DNA of 64,000 bases. Source: an uncultured bacterium. Its GTDB lineage: Bacteria > Campylobacterota > Campylobacteria > Campylobacterales > Sulfurovaceae. The stretch lies in NCBI GenBank assembly GCA_965544395.1, contig CBEUND010000001.1:6875-70874 (forward strand), in the 5' to 3' direction. The notes under the pieces were generated by a model. It was not told the DNA's origin and did not search any database. It saw only the letters and a list, made by a program, of their open reading frames with translations. Made by a program: the position numbers and the translations under genes. Positions 57,575-64,000 of the stretch are shown here, piece by piece (within the stretch, counting starts at the first letter, position 1; the number at the start of each line of letters is the position of its first letter).

Positions 57575-58869
57575 TTATCATATCATTATTTGTAATATAT
57601 ACTATGCTCTTAGGGCAAGAACAGGTAGATACAAATGTGACAGGGGATGAGACTACATTGAGTATCGCTGATGATGTCAGTGAGGATGAGTGGATTGTTA
57701 GGGCTTTATGGTTTGAGTCGAATGGTTTTTTTGAGCAGAGTGCTTTGATATATAGTGGACTCTATGAAGCTACAGAGAAAAAAGAGTATCTTTTCAAAGA
57801 GGTGAGTAGTAGTATCTACGGCAAGAGTGGTGTCGGGGAGAGTTTGAGAAAACTCAAAGAGTGGAGCGAAAAAAACCCCGACGATCTTATCGGTAGGAGG
57901 TTGTTGATAGCACTCTATATGAATGAACAATCATTCCAAGAGGCAGAGAAGATCAGCACTTATCTTCTCAAACACTCCAATAAAGATTCGGATTTGGAAC
58001 TCGCCTCCAATCCATATCTCTTTTTAGGAAAATATGATAAAGCTGTAGCCTTGCTTGAAAAACTCTATAAAAAAACAAAAGATGAAACAATATTAATACG
58101 AATTGCTGTAATCGAGGCACAATATCTTAAAAATAGTAGAAAAGCAATCCAGCTTCTTGAAACGCATAGACGCATAGAAGATGCCTCTGAAGAGGTTTAT
58201 AAATTACTTATAGATCTCTATGTCAAGAAGCAAGATCTTGATAGTATACTAGAGATATACAAAGCACTCTACAGCAAGTTCCCAGAAAAAGAGTACCTCA
58301 ATAAAATTGTAGAGATCTATATCTATAATCAAAATTTTGATGGCTTGATAAAATTTTTGGAGTCCACCCATGCAGATGATTTAATCCTCTATGACTTATA
58401 CAAAAAAGAGCAACGATTTGAAAAAGCCAAAGCTCTAGCTGAAAAGTTTTATTTGAAGGATAAAGATCCTAAATGGTTGGCAGAGAAGGCTATTTTACTC
58501 TCTGAAGGGAGTAAAGAGAAAGAGAATAAGAAACTCTTAGAAAAGGTTGTAATACTTTTTGATGATGCTCTTGCTCAAGGTGTTGACGATAGCCTCTATC
58601 TCAACTACTATGGGTATACGCTAATAGATAAAGAGATAGATATAGATAAAGGTATAGCAATCATCAAAAAGGCATTGAAACAACAGCCAGACAATAGCTT
58701 CTATCTTGATTCCCTAGCTTGGGGCTATTATAAGAAACAAGAGTGCCTCAAAGCGTATAAGACTATGGAGAGAGCATTTCAAATAGAGATGACACAAGAG
58801 GAAGAGATCAAAGATCATTGGGAAAAGATACAAGAGTGTCAAAAACCAGTTATTGTTGGGGTAAGATAA
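57556..58869 (+). CDS. Secreted tetratricopeptide-repeat (TPR) protein
   Basis: GTG start, signal peptide, and repeated approximately 34-aa helical units with the A/Y/L pattern. No catalytic motif. Confidence 0.65.
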   Translation: MSRYSVIIISLFVIYTMLLGQEQVDTNVTGDETTLSIADDVSEDEWIVRALWFESNGFFEQSALIYSGLYEATEKKEYLFKEVSSSIYGKSGVGESLRKLKEWSEKNPDDLIGRRLLIALYMNEQSFQEAEKISTYLLKHSNKDSDLELASNPYLFLGKYDKAVALLEKLYKKTKDETILIRIAVIEAQYLKNSRKAIQLLETHRRIEDASEEVYKLLIDLYVKKQDLDSILEIYKALYSKFPEKEYLNKIVEIYIYNQNFDGLIKFLESTHADDLILYDLYKKEQRFEKAKALAEKFYLKDKDPKWLAEKAILLSEGSKEKENKKLLEKVVILFDDALAQGVDDSLYLNYYGYTLIDKEIDIDKGIAIIKKALKQQPDNSFYLDSLAWGYYKKQECLKAYKTMERAFQIEMTQEEEIKDHWEKIQECQKPVIVGVR

Positions 58870-58921
58870 GGCTATTTGGGTGTTTATTTCCATGGGATAG
58901 CCTAATACAAAGGAGAGAAGA

Positions 58922-59713
58922 GTGGCAAAAATTTTGGATGATATTATCAAAAAAACGAGAGAAGATTTAGAGAAAAGAAAAGTGGACTATCCTGTAGATT
59001 GGCTAGGCAGATCACTCAGCTTCAATCCATTTGTCCCCAAAGATGTACAGAGTGCTTTGCGTGCTAGCAAAGAGAATCCCTATCGTATCATTGCAGAAGT
59101 CAAAAAGGCAAGCCCGAGCAAAGGGATTATACGAGAAGATTTTGATCCAGTATTGATAGCACAACAGTATGCAAATGGTGGTGCGGATGCTCTCTCTGTT
59201 TTGACAGAGCCACACTTCTTCCAAGGAGACAAGGAGTATCTAGGCATGATCCGTCGCTATGTAGAGACTCCACTCTTAAGAAAAGATTTTATAATAGATA
59301 AGTATCAATTGGTTGAAGCACTTGCATATGGGGCAGACTTTGTATTGCTTATCGCAAAAGCACTCTCAAGAAAAGAGCTCAAAGAGTTGTATGACTATGC
59401 ACTCCATCTTGGTCTCGAAGTGCTTGTAGAGGTACATGATAAGTCTGATTTGGTCAAAGCGATGTTTGCAGGAGCCAATATCATTGGTATCAACCATAGA
59501 AATTTAGAAACATTTGAGATGGATATGCAGCTCAGTGAAAAGCTCATACCGCTCATTCCAAATGGCAAAATCATAGTTGCGGAGAGTGGGATCAATGATC
59601 ATGAAACCGTCGTAGAACTGAGTAAAATAGGTGCCGATGCCTTTTTGGTAGGAGAGCATTTTATGCGACAAAACGACATCACCTCTGCTATAAAAAAGCT
59701 CAAATTTGGGTAG
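58922..59713 (+). CDS. trpC: Indole-3-glycerol-phosphate synthase
   Basis: [31 protein letters not shown] and IGINHRNL motifs. Confidence 0.95.
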   Translation: MAKILDDIIKKTREDLEKRKVDYPVDWLGRSLSFNPFVPKDVQSALRASKENPYRIIAEVKKASPSKGIIREDFDPVLIAQQYANGGADALSVLTEPHFFQGDKEYLGMIRRYVETPLLRKDFIIDKYQLVEALAYGADFVLLIAKALSRKELKELYDYALHLGLEVLVEVHDKSDLVKAMFAGANIIGINHRNLETFEMDMQLSEKLIPLIPNGKIIVAESGINDHETVVELSKIGADAFLVGEHFMRQNDITSAIKKLKFG

Positions 59714-59715
59714 TC

Positions 59716-60291
59716 TTACTCTTTTGCATCAGCAAGGGTGAGTGCAAAGAGTACATTGACCCCTTTTTGTGTGAGGATTCTCTGTGCCTCTTGAAGTGTG
59801 ACTCCTGTGGTGATGATATCATCGACAAGGATTGCATCGATATCACTTGGCCCACTATAGTCGAAATCTCTAGGATTGTTGAGGCGGTAGGCTAAACTCT
59901 TTCCAGCATAAGTGACACTATTTTTGGCGAGTAGTGATGCATGCAAAATCTTTGATGAATGCCCCTTCATATGGTGCGTAAGGCAGGCGATGTGGGAGTA
60001 TCCGTTTTTTACCTTTTCATCAATACCTATGATATAGGTATCTTCTTGGTTATCTAAAAGGAAACTTTCTATAAAAGGCTGTAGTATGCTCTTTGAAAAG
60101 TAGTTGAAGATACGATAACCTTCTGCTTTATGTTTATGGAGTAGAAGAGGTTGGATAGTACTATATCTGTAGAAGCTGATGACATCCAAAGAGCCTATCT
60201 GCCTACTCTTGATCGTTGGCAAAAAAAGCTCTTCTTTGCACTTATCACAGAGAGGCTTGAATGAGAAGAGATGACAAGAAAAACAACGCAT
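59716..60291 (-). CDS. ComF-family phosphoribosyltransferase-domain protein
   Basis: N-terminal CFSC....CDKC zinc-ribbon-like motif and PRTase motif ILVDDIITTGVTL. The ATG at 60291 avoids overlap with the bactofilin gene (the ORF opens at 60390). Confidence 0.8.
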   Translation of the reverse strand: MRCFSCHLFSFKPLCDKCKEELFLPTIKSRQIGSLDVISFYRYSTIQPLLLHKHKAEGYRIFNYFSKSILQPFIESFLLDNQEDTYIIGIDEKVKNGYSHIACLTHHMKGHSSKILHASLLAKNSVTYAGKSLAYRLNNPRDFDYSGPSDIDAILVDDIITTGVTLQEAQRILTQKGVNVLFALTLADAKE

Positions 60292-60295
60292 CAAA

Positions 60296-60961
60296 TTATA
60301 TTTGATATGTGTTCTCTTCTGACTCTTCCTCCTCTTTGGAATCAAGTGTCGCTTGTGTAGTACTTGTTTTGATATTGTCTGAGGCTTCATATGTCAACAT
60401 CGTTCCTAGCATGAGTCCACCCTCTGTTACTTTGATCTTTTTGACGACCATTTTTCCTCTAACTTCACCATTTTTATTGATCTCAAGAAGCTCACTTGCT
60501 ATGACATTACCATCGATATTTCCATTGACAATGATGTGCTTACTCTGCATCTGCTCTGTTTCTACTTTTCCATTATCGGTGATATGGATAGAGTTTTCAG
60601 TCAAAATTACTGCTTCTAAGAGTCCATCAGAGACGATCTCTTTGGCATCAATTCTATCAGAGATGACACCGCTTTGCATCACTTCTAAACTATTACAGAG
60701 AATGCTACCTTCTAGTTTACCACTCACTATGACTTTTTTTGATTTGATATTTCCATAGACTATACCACTCTCACCTATAATCACACTCTCTTCTACATCA
60801 ATATCTCCATGGACAATACCATCTATGTGTATAGTACCACACCCCTTGATATCACCTTTGACTTCCATGCATTTCGTGATAATAGTGGTACTATATGCAC
60901 TGTTTTTATTACTTTGAATGACTTGAGTTTTGACTGGTTCACTCTGTTTTCTTCCAAACAT
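60296..60961 (-). CDS. Bactofilin (CcmA-like polymer-forming cytoskeletal protein) with acidic C-terminal tail
   Basis: Approximately 150 aa of beta-helical repeat pattern (V.G.I.G.......I...G.V.G.I), typical of DUF583. Confidence 0.85.
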   Translation of the reverse strand: MFGRKQSEPVKTQVIQSNKNSAYSTTIITKCMEVKGDIKGCGTIHIDGIVHGDIDVEESVIIGESGIVYGNIKSKKVIVSGKLEGSILCNSLEVMQSGVISDRIDAKEIVSDGLLEAVILTENSIHITDNGKVETEQMQSKHIIVNGNIDGNVIASELLEINKNGEVRGKMVVKKIKVTEGGLMLGTMLTYEASDNIKTSTTQATLDSKEEEESEENTYQI

Positions 60962-60973
60962 TTCACATCCTTT

Positions 60974-62035
60974 TTAATTTAAAATTCTTCGTCCCCACTT
61001 AAAACGGCTCGCGTAAAATGGTTTACCTAGACTCGTGATGACTACTTTCCTCTTCGCTGAACTGGCATGTATAAATTTATTATTACCTAGATACATACCC
61101 ACATGGTTGACAAAACCTCTTGAGCGTCTGGATGTATCAAAAAATATCAAATCTCCTGCTTTTAACTCCTTTCTTTTGACATATTCTCCATATTTTGATT
61201 GTTCTCTGGATGTTCTTGGTATTGAGATACCTTTTTTTCTATAGACATAGGATGTAAACCCAGAACAATCAAATGTACGAGGTCCTACAGCACCCCATAC
61301 ATAATGTTTGCCTAGATTTTTTTTTGCTATTTTTTTCAGTAATTTTGTTTTTGCTTTGAGTCTTTTTAATTGTGCTACTTTTTTCTTTCTCTTTTTGTGG
61401 GCTTTTTTCTTTTTGGCTTTTGCTTTCTCTCTTGCTAATTTTCTCTTTTTTTGGGCTTTTTTCTTTTTGGCTATTCGTGCTTTTTTCTCTTTCTCTCTTT
61501 TCTTTTTAGCCAAACGCTCTTTTTGGGCTTTTTTCTTTTTGGCTTTTGCTTTCTCTCTTGCTAATTTTCTCTTTTTTTGGGCTTTTTTCTTTTTGGCTAT
61601 TCGTGCTTTCTCTTCTCTCTCTCTCTTTTTCTTGGCTATTCGTGCTTTTCGTGCTTTCTCTTCTTTTGCTCTTTTTTTGGCTATGAGCATCTTTTGATAC
61701 TTCTCTTCTACTTGAGTATCAATCTTGGCATTGATATCTGCTAACTCTTTGAGATGGTTTTGTTGAAGTGCTTCTTTTGCTACTCTCTCTTGCTTTAATG
61801 AGAGTTGTAACTCTTTGACTTGACTCTCCAAAGATTGACTCTTCTTGAGACGGTCTGTTAAAAGCTGATTATTATTTTGTATCTGTTTGACCTTACTATC
61901 AAGAGAAAATATATAACCAAAAAGAGAGAAGATTACGAGTGTAATAACACCTAGAAGAGAGAGAGCGATTTTCTTTGCATTGCTAGGTAGATTGTACTGT
62001 TTGATCGCATTGTTATTACTGACTGTGATTACCAT
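60974..62035 (-). CDS. Membrane-anchored NlpC/P60 (C40) peptidoglycan endopeptidase with coiled coil and Lys/Ala/Arg-rich repeat spacer
   Basis: N-terminal TM. The C-terminal catalytic domain has FDCSGFTSYVY (Cys), VNHVGMYLG (His) and FIHAS. About 140 aa are KKKAQKKRKLAREKAKAKKKK-type repeats. Confidence 0.85.
   Translation of the reverse strand: MVITVSNNNAIKQYNLPSNAKKIALSLLGVITLVIFSLFGYIFSLDSKVKQIQNNNQLLTDRLKKSQSLESQVKELQLSLKQERVAKEALQQNHLKELADINAKIDTQVEEKYQKMLIAKKRAKEEKARKARIAKKKREREEKARIAKKKKAQKKRKLAREKAKAKKKKAQKERLAKKKREKEKKARIAKKKKAQKKRKLAREKAKAKKKKAHKKRKKKVAQLKRLKAKTKLLKKIAKKNLGKHYVWGAVGPRTFDCSGFTSYVYRKKGISIPRTSREQSKYGEYVKRKELKAGDLIFFDTSRRSRGFVNHVGMYLGNNKFIHASSAKRKVVITSLGKPFYASRFKWGRRILN
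61399..61610. repeat. Tandem direct repeat, 126-nt period (approximately 85 nt identical between copies), with an internal GGGCTTTTTTCTTTTTGGC sub-repeat
   Basis: By eye, 61399-61484 is identical to 61525-61610. The sub-repeat occurs at 61399, 61453, 61525 and 61579. The repeat lies inside the P60 coding region. Confidence 0.85.
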
Positions 62036-62130
62036 TGTATACTACATAAACCTTTCTAATAATTATATTCTATAACGACATTGATGATTATAACATAATT
62101 TATCTGTGGTCTCTAAATTACAAGCAACTA

Positions 62131-62580
62131 TTACAATATATCTCGAATCACCATCGCATAGTGCAACACTATGAAATTGAGAAAAAATATCCCCATAGAA
62201 GCTCCCCTTGAAAAAAACTTCTGAAGAGGGGTTTTCTCTATATGAAGGGTTTTAAATGCGATAATCGTGTGAATGACTGTCAAGAGTGCCAAGGCAGCTA
62301 CAAACAAAAGTTTAATACGAAGAGACTCTATCACTTCATTGTGCAGAGTCATATCAAAGAGTATATCCATCAAGCCATTGTTACTGATCATCAAATAGCC
62401 TGTAGTCAGGAGTATCAAGAGTGCACCTATTTCAAAGTATCCATAGATAGGTCCTATACGAGGGTAGACTGCTTTTTGATCCTCTTTGTCTCGCATAGTG
62501 ATACTTAACACAAAAAGAAATACAGAGCCACCTATCCAAGATACAGCAGCTATGAGATGCAGATGTATCGCCCAACCCAT
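62131..62580 (-). CDS. Four-TM integral membrane protein (CopD/DUF4149-like)
   Basis: The HLHLIAAVSWIGGSVF motif at TM1 resembles CopD-type proteins. The ATG at 62580 overlaps the lepA TAA by 1 nt (TAATG). The tracked ORF extension to 62715 overlaps lepA. Confidence 0.6.
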   Translation of the reverse strand: MGWAIHLHLIAAVSWIGGSVFLFVLSITMRDKEDQKAVYPRIGPIYGYFEIGALLILLTTGYLMISNNGLMDILFDMTLHNEVIESLRIKLLFVAALALLTVIHTIIAFKTLHIEKTPLQKFFSRGASMGIFFLNFIVLHYAMVIRDIL

Positions 62581-64000
62581 TAGTTGTCCAGTTTCAAGAC
62601 AGCCATGAAAGCCTCTTGAGGAACTTCTACACTTCCTATGGATTTCATCCGTTTTTTTCCTGCTTTTTGTTTCTCTAAGAGTTTTCTTTTTCGGGTGATA
62701 TCCCCACCATAACACTTGGCTGTGACATTTTTGCCCATAGATTTGACATTGGATCGTGCGATGACATTATTGCCTATGCTTGCTTGGATAGCTACTTCAA
62801 AGAGTTGTCTTGGTATGAGCTCTTTGAGTTGTGATACAAATGCCAATCCTCTTGTCCTTGCTTTATTTTCTGGTACGATGATAGAGAGAGCATCTACTAC
62901 CTCTCCTGCCACTTTGATATCAAGCTTGACGAGCTTGCCTTCTCTGAACCCTACAGGTTCATAATCAAAACTTGCATACCCTTTGGTGATGCTTTTGAGT
63001 TTATCATAGAAATCCATCACTATCTCATTCATAGGGATATCATACTCCATCAAAACTCTCGTCTCATTGAGATAATCCATCTTGATCTGTATCCCACGAC
63101 GGTCATTGAGGAGTTTGATGAGATTACCGACGAACTCATTGGGAGTTAAGATAGTTGCTTTGACATATGGCTCATAGATAGCCTCTATCTTTTGTGGTTC
63201 TGGGAGTTCACTGGGGTTTTGTATCTCCAACTCTTCACCATTCGTCTGTTTGACTTGATAGACGACGGTTGGTGCTGTAGCGATAAGATCGAGATTGAAC
63301 TCTCTTTCGAGTCGCTCTTTGACTACCTCCATATGCAACATACCTAAAAAACCTGTACGAAAGCCACTCCCAAGTGCCATAGAACTCTCTGGCTCAAAAC
63401 TGAGTGAACTATCATTGAGTTTCAGTTTGTTGAGTGCATCTCGTAGATCTTCAAACTTATCTGTCTCTATAGGATAGATCCCAGCAAATACAAATGGTTT
63501 AGCCGATTCAAAGCCATCTATCATCTTAGCTGTGGGGTTTTTAGCATCAGTGATAGTGTCGCCCACTTGTAGTGAATCAACTGTTTTGAGTCCCATGACA
63601 ACTATCCCTATCTCTCCTGTACGGATTTCGTCAGTTTTGATGGGTGCTATAGGGTTTGGATACATCATATTGAGTATTTGATGCTCGTTTTTTGTACCCA
63701 TTACTTTGGCTATTTGTCCCTTTTTGAGACTTCCCTCGAAGACACGCACGAGTGCCAATGCCCCTAAGTAGTTGTCAAACCAACTATCGTAGATGAGTGC
63801 TTTTGCTGGTGCATTCTCATCTCCTGTTGGTGCAGGGATACGATCTACTATAGAGTCTATGAGATCTTTGACTCCCAATCCTGTCTTGGCAGAGACGAGA
63901 TTGTGTTCTGTAGCATCTATACCTATCGCTTCTTCTAATTCTGTCAACACTCTATCGGGATCAGATGCAGGAAGATCTATCTTGTTGACTACGGGGAGGA
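62580..64000 (-). CDS. lepA: Elongation factor 4 (LepA), C-terminal approximately 470 aa; the 5' end lies beyond the window
   Basis: [12 protein letters not shown] at the window edge, then EF-G-like domains II-V and the LepA C-terminal domain ([17 protein letters not shown]). Confidence 0.95.
   Translation of the reverse strand, partial: LPVVNKIDLPASDPDRVLTELEEAIGIDATEHNLVSAKTGLGVKDLIDSIVDRIPAPTGDENAPAKALIYDSWFDNYLGALALVRVFEGSLKKGQIAKVMGTKNEHQILNMMYPNPIAPIKTDEIRTGEIGIVVMGLKTVDSLQVGDTITDAKNPTAKMIDGFESAKPFVFAGIYPIETDKFEDLRDALNKLKLNDSSLSFEPESSMALGSGFRTGFLGMLHMEVVKERLEREFNLDLIATAPTVVYQVKQTNGEELEIQNPSELPEPQKIEAIYEPYVKATILTPNEFVGNLIKLLNDRRGIQIKMDYLNETRVLMEYDIPMNEIVMDFYDKLKSITKGYASFDYEPVGFREGKLVKLDIKVAGEVVDALSIIVPENKARTRGLAFVSQLKELIPRQLFEVAIQASIGNNVIARSNVKSMGKNVTAKCYGGDITRKRKLLEKQKAGKKRMKSIGSVEVPQEAFMAVLKLDN

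Noticed and set aside
58869-58903. Hairpin AGGCTAT-(21 nt)-ATAGCCT after the TPR gene, considered as a Rho-independent terminator
   Set aside because: The stem is only 7 bp, the loop is large and no T-run follows, so this is too weak to call. I found no convincing canonical terminator anywhere in the window.
61399-61610. Direct repeats considered as a possible CRISPR array
   Set aside because: The repeats lie in-frame inside a coding region and are contiguous, without unique spacers of regular size. There are no cas genes in the window.
61308-61697. 129-aa plus-strand Phe/Leu/Ala-rich ORF
   Set aside because: It is the antisense reading of the AAA/AAG-rich Lys repeat of the P60 gene, so it is a low-complexity artefact.
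1-64000. Searched for rRNA/tRNA genes, IS elements, integrases, prophage modules, long homopolymeric G/C tracts and CRISPR arrays
   Set aside because: None was seen by eye. The intergenic regions are short (at most about 330 nt) and contain no tRNA-like T-arm (GGTTCGAATCC-type) sequences. This is a visual scan only, so tRNAscan/Infernal would be needed to exclude small RNAs.

Overview
64-kb chromosomal window from a moderately AT-rich member of the Campylobacterota (epsilonproteobacteria). The gene order fabZ-lpxA-clpX-mreB-mreC-carB-sua5-like, M16 protease-dapA-SDR and lolC-secA/lolA matches what I recall for Campylobacter and Helicobacter. The genus cannot be set by eye; a Sulfurimonas/Sulfurovum-like organism is only a guess. 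There are about 62 densely packed protein genes, many with overlapping or abutting stop/start codons. I saw no rRNA, tRNA, CRISPR array, transposase, integrase or prophage genes. Most content is housekeeping: lipid A and fatty-acid synthesis, ClpX, MreBC, CarB, DapA, a gap-pgi-glgP-pgk-pfkA glycolysis/glycogen operon, RecO, ArgH, ZnuABC, SecA/Lol, TrpC and LepA. Five loci look accessory. (1) A KAP-family P-loop NTPase fused to a C-terminal FGE-sulfatase-like domain, translationally linked to a secreted beta-propeller protein (29389-32505), lies between recO and yebC. This is my top candidate for an undescribed sensor/conflict module. (2) A four-gene minus-strand cluster (15380-18207) encodes a MotA/ExbB-like channel with a coiled-coil tail, a MotB/OmpA-like protein with a long periplasmic coiled coil, an untracked overlapping 52-aa ORF and an extremely Tyr/Arg-rich lipoprotein. 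It is Zorya-like in its stator architecture but has no Zorya effector genes. (3) An AT-rich type II restriction-modification pair is inserted between lpxB and queH. (4) A Wzz/CpsB/Wza/WecA-like polysaccharide export module has no visible BY-kinase. (5) An NlpC/P60-bactofilin-comF operon carries a 126-nt tandem repeat encoding a poly-Lys/Ala/Arg spacer. Smaller observations include a GlgP homologue whose PLP-binding Lys appears to be replaced by Thr, a stand-alone CBM48 mini-protein, two tightly coupled micro-ORFs downstream of a periplasmic amidase, tandem ExoX-like exonuclease paralogues and a short dispersed intergenic motif. All functional calls rest on motif recognition by eye and on synteny. 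No database search was run.
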